From Verrucomicrobiota bacterium (lineage in GTDB: Bacteria > Verrucomicrobiota > Verrucomicrobiia > Opitutales > Seribacteraceae): 54,410 nucleotides of DNA. The notes under the pieces are model-generated. The model had not been told where the DNA came from. It worked only from the letters and a program-made list of their open reading frames with translations, and did not search any database. Location: NCBI GenBank assembly GCA_027622665.1, contig JAQBYT010000028.1, positions 1 through 54,410 on the forward strand, written 5' to 3'. Position 1 is the first letter of the stretch. Each line of letters begins with the position of its first letter. A program made the position numbers and the translations under genes. Below, piece by piece: positions 1 through 8,555 of this stretch.

Positions 1-284
1 TTCGCGCCATAAACAAAGGAACATCCACATACTGAAAGCAAAGGAAACCTTAAACATTACGAAATGACCTCTTTCCTGCCTTTCGCAAGTCACGTGTTCG
101 AAAATACTTCCTGCAAGTCTTCCCCCCATGGGCGAGATTAAGTTGCCAGGGTGCTTTTCTACCTTTTTTCGGGCCGTCTTTCTTGGGGAAAGAGATCTTC
201 ATGGAAGCGTTCGAATCATTCTCAGTGCAGTTTTTCGCGAAATACTGGGGGTGAAATGAACGTCAAGGTCATCGGGGAGGTAAC

Positions 285-308
285 AAAAAAAGGGTCCCCT
301 ACCCCTCT
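285..308 (-). terminator. Possible intrinsic terminator downstream of tRNA-Val
   Basis: Minus strand reads AGAGGGGT-AGGGG-ACCCTTTTTTT: short G-C/G-U stem followed by a U tract, about 40 nt past the tRNA CCA end. Confidence 0.35.
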
Positions 309-347
309 ACACCCCTTAACTACTGGGGCTTTCCGCTATTTTAGCGA

Positions 348-424
348 TGGTGGGCCGTGGCGGACTCGAACCGCCGACCTCATGCGTGTGAAGCATGCGC
401 TCTAACCAACTGAGCTAACGGCCC
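348..424 (-). tRNA. tRNA-Val (anticodon CAC)
   Basis: Reverse complement GGGCCGTTAGCTCAGTTGGTTAGAGCGCATGCTTCACACGCATGAGGTCGGCGGTTCGAGTCCGCCACGGCCCACCA folds as a cloverleaf: acceptor GGGCCGT/ACGGCCC, D arm GCTC/GAGC, anticodon stem CATGC/GCATG with loop TTCACAC, T loop TTCGAGT, encoded CCA. Confidence 0.97.
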
Positions 425-601
425 TAAAGTGTTAAGGATTGATTACTTGGGCAAGTTTTTCGGACTGTAAGAGTCGCTTTTATGTGAAATTGCTGTTCTA
501 CGGAAATGACTGATATGTACTGGAATTGCGGGCATTACGCGGTAGGATTTTGAAAATTATAGGTACCAAGTGGGTACCAACATAATTTATCAAACAATTA
601 A

Positions 602-946
602 TCCTTAACTTTCAAAAAACTAGATTTCATTCATAAGCTAGACGCTCAGTCTTGCAATCTGATTCACTTAAGGCGAAAACCATATACATTTGAAGATTGG
701 TCAAGGCTGCGGGCTAACGACTGGCACCCGTTAAGGCACAGGATTTATGACCACCTGCAATGGGCATCCAATGGCGATATTATATGTAGGTTAACTGCAC
801 CGTTTCCTATTATTCATATCAAGTTAGGTACGGAATTCACCAGATGCCATCCAATGAATTACACCAAAGAGAAAAGAATTCTGTATTTCCATGACCATTG
901 GAGTGCCTTTGGCACAAACCTTGACGAAGGCCAGCAAAAGGAATAG
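602..946 (+). pseudogene. Start-less open frame, probable gene remnant
   Basis: No stop from TAA(599-601) to TAG(944-946), 114 sense codons; first ATG only at 854; not in the supplied ORF track. Confidence 0.35.
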
Positions 947-1186
947 GTGAAGAATATGGTTTGGGTGTTATTAGTTATTTTACTCTTTGTTTTTTTCCGT
1001 ATATTCCGTCTTGCTTTTGCTTCTATTGTTATCAGCATTTTGGGATTCGGCTTTATTCTTGGTTCGTCCTCCGTTGATGGCAAATACTCCACTATGCTGA
1101 CTATAATAGGAGTTGTATTGGTCGGTGCTTCATTCTATTTCAAGGGTAGAGTCAAAGAGCAAGAATGCAAAAAAGGCAAAAAATGA
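947..1186 (+). CDS. Small hypothetical membrane protein (79 aa)
   Basis: GTG start with AAGGA 4 nt upstream; two to three hydrophobic segments and a Lys-rich tail. Confidence 0.55.
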   Translation: MKNMVWVLLVILLFVFFRIFRLAFASIVISILGFGFILGSSSVDGKYSTMLTIIGVVLVGASFYFKGRVKEQECKKGKK

Positions 1187-1217
1187 TAAAACTAGTTTTA
1201 CTTATATTGGTGGCGAA

Positions 1218-1505
1218 ATGAAAATTTGCTGACTAGTCCCTTTGTTTTTGGGATTAGCTTTTATGTGGTCTATTACTTCAGCAATTCTTGGCGATATTGG
1301 AAGTACATTAGAGGGGTTACCCCAATACATTGGCTTTTGTTTTGGCAACGGCATCCCAAGGTTTGCGATATATATTTTTTGCATCGGGTTCATTCTGTAT
1401 AATTACAATGATATAGTCGTAGGCGATGACGATGCGTTTTCTTGGTGTGGGGGACTCTTTATTATCCTTAATTTTCTTATCAACCCCCTTGTCCGAAGCT
1501 TTTAA
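1218..1505 (+). pseudogene. Small membrane protein with in-frame TGA at codon 5
   Basis: ATG AAA ATT TGC TGA CTA GTC CCT TTG... is in frame with the 1242-1505 ORF; GGTGG lies just upstream of ATG 1218; three hydrophobic segments. Confidence 0.45.
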
Positions 1506-1664
1506 GGTCTCGAGTGTCTCTTCCATTCTGAAACGATTCAGTTCTTTGATCCACGAGACGAAGATTCTTGGTAACATGCTTGGTGGTCCCGTGCGAACCG
1601 CGATCACCTGGTGAACTTCCCTCTTTCCTACAAGGAAGGCCGCATTCTCATGGGCGAAAAATTA

Positions 1665-1694
1665 ATGTGCTCTAACCGGCTGAGCTAACGGCCC
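1665..1694 (-). repeat. tRNA-Val 5'-half fragment (att-like repeat)
   Basis: Minus strand GGGCCGTTAGCTCAGCCGGTTAGAGCACAT matches tRNA nt 1-30 with 3 differences. Confidence 0.85.
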
Positions 1695-1800
1695 CAAAGC
1701 TGTTGAAAGTAAAGAGATTAAGATCGTTTTGTTCAATCTCAAACAGTTCGGGCTTTGCCTCGACTGGTGGACATCTATCGTTTAACCTGTTTTTTGCATT

Positions 1801-3645
1801 ATGAAAACTATGTCTTTGTCTCGCTTGTTTCTGTTAACGTTCGCGTCCTTTGCTTTGGTGAATTATTCTTTGGCTCAAAAGAAGAAGAGAGTTGATGCCT
1901 TGGCTATTCCCGAGGTTTCTCGGGACAAGGTCATTTGTTTTGCCCTCTACACGGTTAATGAGCATACGCTCAAGCTTACGGCGCAATTGTATCCACTCAA
2001 GGAAGGCGAAACTCGAATCGCAAGGCTTGAGGTAAATACAGGAGGCAAATGGAAGCAGGTAGCCGAAGCCAAAGTTATCGAGCGGGGATGGACGGCACCC
2101 TTTCGAGTGGAAGAATGGAACGACCAAGAGGACACGGCATATCGGGTTCGCCATGGAGAAAAAGCCAGCTACGAAGGCACGATAAGAAAGAATCCGGTGG
2201 ACAAGCGGGAGATCGTGGTAGTCGGTTTTACGGGCAACTCCATCAACGTCGGGCATGGAGGGAATATTCCAAAGGACGATCTCGTATCCAACATAAAGAA
2301 GCTAAATCCCGACCTCCTTTTCTTTTCCGGGGACCAAGTGTACGACCATCGGCGCCACTACGCCGCCTGGTTGAAGTTCGGTCGCGACTTCGGGGAGGTG
2401 ATCAAGGACTATCCCACTGTTACAATCCCCGATGACCATGACGTCGGGCAGCCGAATCTGTGGGGGCATAATGGTAAGAAGTCTACCCTGCCGGGAGCTT
2501 CCGACGGCGGGTACATAATGCCCGTGGAATATGTCAAGGAGGTGGAGCGAGCCCAGACCAGTCATCTCCCCGACCCCTACGATCCCGCCCCCATCGGACG
2601 CGGAATCGGCACCTATTTCACTGAACTGAATTGGGGGCGCGTAAGTTTCGCCATAATCGAGGACCGCAAATTCAAGACCGGTCCCGCGGGGATGATTCCC
2701 AAGCAAGGACCACGCCCGGACCATATCCGGAATCCGGAGTACGACCCGAAATCCGTCGATGTTCCGGAAGCGATTCTTTTGGGCAAACGCCAGTTGAAGT
2801 TTCTCGACGCATGGGGCAAGGATTGGACGAATGCCGATTTCAAGGCAGCTCTTTCCCAGACTATCTTTTGTGGTGGCGCTCACATCCACGGAAGGATCGG
2901 CGGGCGACTTCATGGCGACCTCGATTCCAACGGTTGGCCTCAAACGGGACGCAACAAGGCGATAGACGCTCTGCGCAAGGCATTCGCCTTCCACTATGCA
3001 GGCGACCAGCATCTCGCCACCGTTTTTCATCACGGAATCGATGAGTGGCGCGACTCTATTTATTCCTTTTGCGTACCTTCCATCGCCAACTTGTATCTGC
3101 GCTGGTGGAAACCACTGGAACCAGGGAAGAACCGCCGAGTTGGTCAAGACCCTATTCTTGGCGACCACTTGGACGGATTCAACAACAAGGTGACTGCCAT
3201 CGCCGTGGCCAACCCCACGCCGGAAAAATCCGGGGATAAGCTAACCACCCGTGCTGCGGGCTTCGGAGTCGTCAGAATCGACAAGAAAACTCGGGACGTA
3301 ACTTTCATTTGCTGGCCGCGCAACGTCGATGTCTCGGATAAGAACGCCGAGCCTTATCCCGGTTGGCCTTTCACTTTCAACCAACTGGATAACTATTCCC
3401 GCAAGGCGTTAGCCTACCTTCCTGAGCTGAAGATCAATCAAGCCAACCAGGTCGTGCAGGTGGTGGAGGACAAAACCGGGGAGGTGGTCTATACGCTTCG
3501 TATGAACGGTAAGGACTTTCGCCCGAAGGTATTCGCCAAGGGCAAATACACGGTAAAAGTGGGCGAAGGAGCAAACCGCAAGGTGATCAAAAATGTGCTA
3601 GCCCTTCCTTTGGCTGAAAAGAAAACACTCAAGGTCGACCTTTAG
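1801..3645 (+). CDS. PhoD-like (alkaline phosphatase D family) metallophosphatase, exported
   Basis: Signal peptide; motifs FSGDQVYD, PDDHDVGQ, DLDSNGW, GDQH typical of the PhoD/purple acid phosphatase fold. Confidence 0.8.
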   Translation: MKTMSLSRLFLLTFASFALVNYSLAQKKKRVDALAIPEVSRDKVICFALYTVNEHTLKLTAQLYPLKEGETRIARLEVNTGGKWKQVAEAKVIERGWTAPFRVEEWNDQEDTAYRVRHGEKASYEGTIRKNPVDKREIVVVGFTGNSINVGHGGNIPKDDLVSNIKKLNPDLLFFSGDQVYDHRRHYAAWLKFGRDFGEVIKDYPTVTIPDDHDVGQPNLWGHNGKKSTLPGASDGGYIMPVEYVKEVERAQTSHLPDPYDPAPIGRGIGTYFTELNWGRVSFAIIEDRKFKTGPAGMIPKQGPRPDHIRNPEYDPKSVDVPEAILLGKRQLKFLDAWGKDWTNADFKAALSQTIFCGGAHIHGRIGGRLHGDLDSNGWPQTGRNKAIDALRKAFAFHYAGDQHLATVFHHGIDEWRDSIYSFCVPSIANLYLRWWKPLEPGKNRRVGQDPILGDHLDGFNNKVTAIAVANPTPEKSGDKLTTRAAGFGVVRIDKKTRDVTFICWPRNVDVSDKNAEPYPGWPFTFNQLDNYSRKALAYLPELKINQANQVVQVVEDKTGEVVYTLRMNGKDFRPKVFAKGKYTVKVGEGANRKVIKNVLALPLAEKKTLKVDL

Positions 3646-3680
3646 GCTTGTGGTAATGCGGTAGGATTTTACGGCGTCTG

Positions 3681-5462
3681 TTGAAGCGACTTCTCCCATA
3701 TTTTAAGTTTCTACGTCCGCATTGGTTGCCTTTTGTAGGGGCCTTGCTGTGTGGGATTACCTATGGAGCGGCTAGTGGTTTCGGGTTGCCCTTCATGATC
3801 GATCAGGTTTTTCCCAAGATTTTTCCGCGCAGCGGCGAAATCGCAGGAGTCGAATTATGGACTTTGGTCATGTACGTCGCGTGGTTTCCCGCCGTCTTTG
3901 CCATGCGGGGCGTCAGTGGCTACTTCAACGTCTACCTGATCAATTATTGCGGGGTTAAGGTCTTGGAAAAGATTCGCTTGCAAGTTTTCGACAAACTACA
4001 GCGACTCCCCTTGGCTTTTCACCATAGGAATCGCGAGGGAGATCTCCTTAGCCGAGTTATGGGCGACACTGCTCAACTCCAAGCAATTGTGCTTCAGGTA
4101 GGGAACGAGATAGTCAAGCAACCCGTGACCTTTGTCGGTGCTATGTCTGCCCTCGTCTTCATGGCCCTGAAAGACGAGAATCTCGCCTTTGTTCTCCTTT
4201 CTTTGGTGGTCATTCCTCTTTGCGTCTTTCCCGTTCGGAGGATTGGAAACATGCTCATGACACGCGCTCTTCGCATGCAGGAACAGGCAGGAAGCATGAC
4301 CGCAGTTCTCAGCGAAAACCTGTCTGCCGCTCGCGAGGTAAGGGCATTCAATTTGGAAGACCGTGAGAGCACTCGATTTAGAGAGTCCTCGGAAGACTTT
4401 TTTGCGGCCCGAATGAAGGTCGTCAAATACGCTAACTTGCTTACTCCGCTCATCGAGGTCATCACTGTCGTGGGTGTTTCTGCGGCAATCTTTCAGGCTT
4501 CCCGAAAAGGTGTTCAGTTGGATATGGTGATCCCCGTAATCGTTGCTCTCTACATGTCTTACGAGCCAGTCAAAAAGCTAGGTGGCATTCATAATCAGAT
4601 CAAGCAGGCCTTGGCTTCGCTGGATCGCTTGGACGATATCCTTGATTCACCCGAGACGGTTGCTTCGCCCTCCGTCCCCAAGGAAATGGGAGAGGTACGA
4701 GGTGAGATCACTTTCGAGGGGGTTTCTTATTCTTATGAAAATGGTGATGGCAATCCAGAAGACATCCCTGCGATCGCTAACCTGAATCTTTCCCTGAAAG
4801 CGGGTGAGACGGTAGCTCTGGTAGGTCCTAGTGGAGCAGGAAAGAGCACGCTTGCCGGGTTGCTGCCGAGGTTTTTCGACCCCTCCGAGGGGAAAGTGCT
4901 GCTGGATGGAGTCGACTTATGTGAATTCAGCTTAAAAGACTTGCGAGACTCGGTAGCCCTTGTCCCTCAGCGACCTTTCCTTTTTGACGCCACGGTTCGC
5001 GAGAATGTCTTTCTGGGGCAAACCGAGCACACTGACTCGGAAGTGGAAAAAGTGTGCGAGCTGGCTTATGCCGATGAATTCGTAAAGGAGTTTCGGCATG
5101 GCTATGAGGAACACTTGGGAGAGGATGGTAGTCGTCTGTCGGGTGGCCAGCTTCAACGAATCGCCCTTGCTCGAGCTTTTTTGAAAAACGCCCCTATTCT
5201 TGTATTGGACGAAGCGACTTCTGCTCTCGATGCTGAAAACGAGGACAAGATCCAAGCCGCCATGGCCAAGCTGGTCGAGGGGAAGACCACTTTGCTTATC
5301 GCCCACCGCTTCAGTTCGCTGAAGTTGGCCCACCGAATTCTGGTCATGGACGAGGGGCGCATCATCGCGGATGGTTCCCACGAGGAACTTCATCGCGAAT
5401 GTGATTTGTACAGGAAACTTTACGACAGCCAGTTTGGGGCTGACCCTGAGGACGAGGGTTAG
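3681..5462 (+). CDS. MsbA-like ABC exporter (fused TMD + NBD)
   Basis: N-terminal membrane domain; Walker A GPSGAGKS, signature LSGGQ, Walker B LVLDEATSALD, H-loop IAHR. TTG start. Confidence 0.88.
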   Translation: MKRLLPYFKFLRPHWLPFVGALLCGITYGAASGFGLPFMIDQVFPKIFPRSGEIAGVELWTLVMYVAWFPAVFAMRGVSGYFNVYLINYCGVKVLEKIRLQVFDKLQRLPLAFHHRNREGDLLSRVMGDTAQLQAIVLQVGNEIVKQPVTFVGAMSALVFMALKDENLAFVLLSLVVIPLCVFPVRRIGNMLMTRALRMQEQAGSMTAVLSENLSAAREVRAFNLEDRESTRFRESSEDFFAARMKVVKYANLLTPLIEVITVVGVSAAIFQASRKGVQLDMVIPVIVALYMSYEPVKKLGGIHNQIKQALASLDRLDDILDSPETVASPSVPKEMGEVRGEITFEGVSYSYENGDGNPEDIPAIANLNLSLKAGETVALVGPSGAGKSTLAGLLPRFFDPSEGKVLLDGVDLCEFSLKDLRDSVALVPQRPFLFDATVRENVFLGQTEHTDSEVEKVCELAYADEFVKEFRHGYEEHLGEDGSRLSGGQLQRIALARAFLKNAPILVLDEATSALDAENEDKIQAAMAKLVEGKTTLLIAHRFSSLKLAHRILVMDEGRIIADGSHEELHRECDLYRKLYDSQFGADPEDEG

Positions 5463-6028
5463 TCGCTTGTTCCTCTAAGGGTTTTCCAAAGATCTAGACC
5501 GTCGCTGAGTGGTCCATCGGGAAATTGTTCGGTTGGACGCAAAGTCACGGGAATCGCCGATCGAAGAAATACGATGCCGTTTGCACACAAAAATGCGGCC
5601 GCCGAAATACGCCACCAAATAGGATCCGTTGCAGATAGCGTTCCCAAAACCCCAAGCCCACAGGCCACACCGGATGCTATGGGACCGCCCAGAATGATTC
5701 CCGACAAAACCGTTTTACCTAGCCTTTCTCGTGGGTATCCTGTGAAACCCGTAAAGCTCGATCGGAAAGACAAAGCGAATCCAAAACGCCCTAGAACCTT
5801 CAAAGGTTTTGTAAATGACTCTCCGATCCTTACTTCTACTTCGGCTTTGGTAAAAGCCAAGGCGGGCAAGGCATGCCCCAGTTCGTGGATAATAGTGGCC
5901 ACCGGCCTTAACATCCATACCCCCACCCACAACGCCGCCAACCAAGGAAGAGTTTCGGCGCCTACAGGCAATTCCACAAATGACAATGTCGGGGTCATTG
6001 TATTAAGAAAAGGACTTGCCGAACTCAT
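5459..6028 (-). CDS. Membrane zinc metallopeptidase, M50-like
   Basis: HELGH in a hydrophobic segment, GGP motif, C-terminal SDG. Start may be ATG 5998. Confidence 0.65.
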   Translation of the reverse strand: MSSASPFLNTMTPTLSFVELPVGAETLPWLAALWVGVWMLRPVATIIHELGHALPALAFTKAEVEVRIGESFTKPLKVLGRFGFALSFRSSFTGFTGYPRERLGKTVLSGIILGGPIASGVACGLGVLGTLSATDPIWWRISAAAFLCANGIVFLRSAIPVTLRPTEQFPDGPLSDGLDLWKTLRGTSD

Positions 6029-6066
6029 GGCAACACCTACGATAGAGAGCAGTTTATGATTTTATT

Positions 6067-6516
6067 GTGTTTCAAGCGCTGAAAAACCTCATCTCGTCCA
6101 CACCAAAGGTCAGAGTTCCCCATGCACAAGGTCTTCCCTTGACGGACGAAAATAAATTTGGCGAAGACGCCGAGGAAAAACAATGGATTGGCGTCGATCT
6201 AGACGGCACCTTGGCCATGGCTGAACCGTGGCAAGGTTTCGAGCACATCGGCAAACCCGTGCCGAACATGGTAAAACGGCTTAACGTCTGGGTGGGCATG
6301 GGATATACGGTGAAGATCGTCACCGCCAGAGCAGCCGAACCCGAAGTGGCCATCCCGCCGATCAAGGCATGGCTGAAGAAGCACGGCTTGCCCGATCTCG
6401 AGGTCACCAATGCCAAGGATATGGACATGATCGAGTTGTGGGATGATCGTGCCGTGCAGGTTATTCCCAACACGGGGAATCCCGTTACCCCGATGCAGGT
6501 GAACGCTCGTCGCTAA
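6067..6516 (+). CDS. Small cap-less HAD-superfamily phosphatase (PNKP-phosphatase-like)
   Basis: Motif I DLDGTL, motif II IVTAR, Lys in TNAK, motif IV WDDR. Confidence 0.75.
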   Translation: MFQALKNLISSTPKVRVPHAQGLPLTDENKFGEDAEEKQWIGVDLDGTLAMAEPWQGFEHIGKPVPNMVKRLNVWVGMGYTVKIVTARAAEPEVAIPPIKAWLKKHGLPDLEVTNAKDMDMIELWDDRAVQVIPNTGNPVTPMQVNARR

Positions 6517-6584
6517 GCTTGTTCGATTTCCTTAACGCAAAGAACTTGCATTTTGCGGACAATCCCCTTTTTTAGGGTTGTCTT

Positions 6585-7034
6585 ATGATTAAAGCATTAT
6601 CTTGGGAACGTTTCGATCGCGCGGGCATGTTTGTGTCCTTTCTTTGTGCAGTTCATTGCATCGCACTTCCGATTCTCCTTCCGTTTCTGCCCTTGTTGGC
6701 AGGCTCATTCTTTTGGACGGAAGGTTTCGAGGAAACGGTGGTTGCCGCTTCCCTTTTAATTGCCGGCCCCAACTTGCTTCGCGGTTACCTGAAGCATCGT
6801 CGATTTTGGGTGCCTCTTGCTTTCGGCTTGGGATTGACCTTTCTGCTCCTTCGCCCCGATGCCCACGGACATGGTCATACCCATGCGGGCACGATCGAGG
6901 TCGCTCACTATTTCTTTGCCGCCTGCGCAGGCATCTCTCTTGCTACCGGACATTTCCTGAATCTCCGCTTTTGCAAGAGTTGCCCTGTTTGCAGTCACAA
7001 CGAAAAAGACGAACCCTGCTCCTCTCGGCATTAA
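6585..7034 (+). CDS. MerC domain membrane protein
   Basis: DRAGMFVSFLCAVHCIALP N-terminal signature, four TM segments, GYLKHR, GHFLN, His-rich loop. Confidence 0.8.
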   Translation: MIKALSWERFDRAGMFVSFLCAVHCIALPILLPFLPLLAGSFFWTEGFEETVVAASLLIAGPNLLRGYLKHRRFWVPLAFGLGLTFLLLRPDAHGHGHTHAGTIEVAHYFFAACAGISLATGHFLNLRFCKSCPVCSHNEKDEPCSSRH

Positions 7035-7094
7035 GCTGGTTATCGGGTCTCTACCCACTTGACGATAAAGCGACTTCGGGTTCATCCTAACGAG

Positions 7095-8555
7095 ATGCTT
7101 TCTCATAGGTTCATTCTCATCGTATTCGCGAGCCTGCTTGCCGGAACGCTTTTCGGAGCGGTTCGCGCTTCCAAGCCGAACATAGTTTTCTTTTTCATCG
7201 ACGATCTTGGTTGGACCGACCTCGGGTACATGGGATCGAAATACTACGAGAGCCCGCACGTCGACAAGCTGGCCAAGGACGGCATGGTCTTTATGAACGC
7301 CTATGCCAATGCTCCCAACTGCGCTCCAAGTCGGGCTTGTCTCATGTCCGGTAAGTATTCACCGAGGCACGGAGTCTACACGGTGGGGAATTCTGATCGT
7401 GGCTCTTCCAAGCACCGCAAGCTGATCCCCGTCAAGAACGCGACCGAACTTGCCGACGAGTTCGTTACTATCGCCGAGGCTCTCAAGCCGTCCGGTTACG
7501 TTACGGCGACCATGGGGAAATGGCACTTGGGGGATGACCCCACCACACAGGGGTTCGACGTAAACGTCGCAGGCAAGTCTTGGGGAAGCCCGAGCGGGGG
7601 CGGTTACCACAGTCCGTACAAGTATCCCAATCTTGAAAACAAGGAAAAGGGTGAATACTTGACCGACAGACTTGGCGTAGAGGCCTGCAAGTTCATCGAG
7701 ACCAACAAGGACAAGCCATTTTTCCTCTATCTCACTCATTATGCGGTCCATACTCCGATCCAGGCCAAGCCCAATCTCAATAAGAAGTACCAGGCAAAGA
7801 AATCGACCGAACGACACAATAACGCCGCCTATGCCGCCATGATTGAGAGCATGGACGACAGCGTTGGGACCGTGCTCACAACCTTGGATCGACTCGAACT
7901 CGCCGACGACACCCTTGTCATATTCTTCTCCGACAACGGCGGGCACGGCGGGGTTACTTCCAACGCCCCCCTGCGGGGATCCAAGGGCATGCTCTACGAG
8001 GGCGGCATCCGCGAACCGATGATCGTGAAATGGCCGGGAGTAACCAAATCTGGCTCCATCTGTCGAGAAAACGTGATCGGCATCGATCTCTACCCCACCC
8101 TCCTCGAGGCTACGGGATCACCCGTTCCCAAGGGCTACGAATTGGATGGCGTAAGCATTGCCCCTCTCCTTCGCAACGCCGCGGCCAAACTCCCTCGCAA
8201 AGCTATTCACTGGCACTTTCCGGCATACCTGCAGGGCTACACCGCCCGCCATGGCCATTTCAGAACCACCCCCGCCGCCGCAACCCGCATGGGCGACTGG
8301 AAGCTCATCGAGTTTTTCGAGGACGGCGCACTCGAGCTCTACAACACCGTAGAAGATCTATCCGAGACTAAGAATCTAGCGAAGAAAAACCCGAAAAAGG
8401 CTGAGGAGCTTCACGCCGCTATGCTCGCTTGGCGAAAGACAGTAAACGCTCCCGTGCCCACCGAACTTAATCCTGAATACGCTTCAAACACCGAAGCCTC
8501 TGCTCCCAAGAAACCCAAGCTGAACAAAAAGAAGGACAGGAAGAAGAAGCCATGA
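7095..8555 (+). CDS. Formylglycine-dependent (S1) sulfatase, exported
   Basis: KPNIVFFFIDDLG, CAPSR (CxPxR), GKWHLG, HYAVH, SDNGG, KGMLYEGGIREP. ATG 7095 preferred over TTG 7059 because it gives a clean signal peptide. Confidence 0.92.
   Translation: MLSHRFILIVFASLLAGTLFGAVRASKPNIVFFFIDDLGWTDLGYMGSKYYESPHVDKLAKDGMVFMNAYANAPNCAPSRACLMSGKYSPRHGVYTVGNSDRGSSKHRKLIPVKNATELADEFVTIAEALKPSGYVTATMGKWHLGDDPTTQGFDVNVAGKSWGSPSGGGYHSPYKYPNLENKEKGEYLTDRLGVEACKFIETNKDKPFFLYLTHYAVHTPIQAKPNLNKKYQAKKSTERHNNAAYAAMIESMDDSVGTVLTTLDRLELADDTLVIFFSDNGGHGGVTSNAPLRGSKGMLYEGGIREPMIVKWPGVTKSGSICRENVIGIDLYPTLLEATGSPVPKGYELDGVSIAPLLRNAAAKLPRKAIHWHFPAYLQGYTARHGHFRTTPAAATRMGDWKLIEFFEDGALELYNTVEDLSETKNLAKKNPKKAEELHAAMLAWRKTVNAPVPTELNPEYASNTEASAPKKPKLNKKKDRKKKP

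Larger units (their letters stand above)
395..1694. mobile_element. Decayed AT-rich islet bounded by tRNA-Val and a displaced copy of its 5' half
   Basis: Direct repeat 395-424 vs 1665-1694 (27/30 identical); interior clearly more AT-rich than the neighbouring genes; only short or broken ORFs; no integrase recognised. Confidence 0.6.

Noticed and set aside
1..60. Possible start of a minus-strand gene running off the left edge (MFKVSFAFSMWMFLCLWRE)
   Set aside because: Only 19 codons are visible; cannot be supported.
151..405. 84-aa ORF
   Set aside because: Overlaps the tRNA on the opposite strand; its C-terminus is translated tRNA antisense.
1230..1232. Selenocysteine or recoded TGA
   Set aside because: No evident SECIS-like hairpin, no redox motif, and TGA is used as a normal stop throughout the window.
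1317..1607. 96-aa minus-strand ORF in the islet
   Set aside because: Overlaps the plus-strand membrane ORF and has no recognisable motif; may be a remnant but is unsupported.
425..1664. Integrase or transposase in the islet
   Set aside because: No tyrosine/serine recombinase or DDE motifs recognised in any frame.
2302..3168. 288-aa antisense ORF, and similar long antisense ORFs such as 7359-7946, 18742-19425, 37153-37731
   Set aside because: They lie opposite well-supported genes; expected shadows of codon bias.
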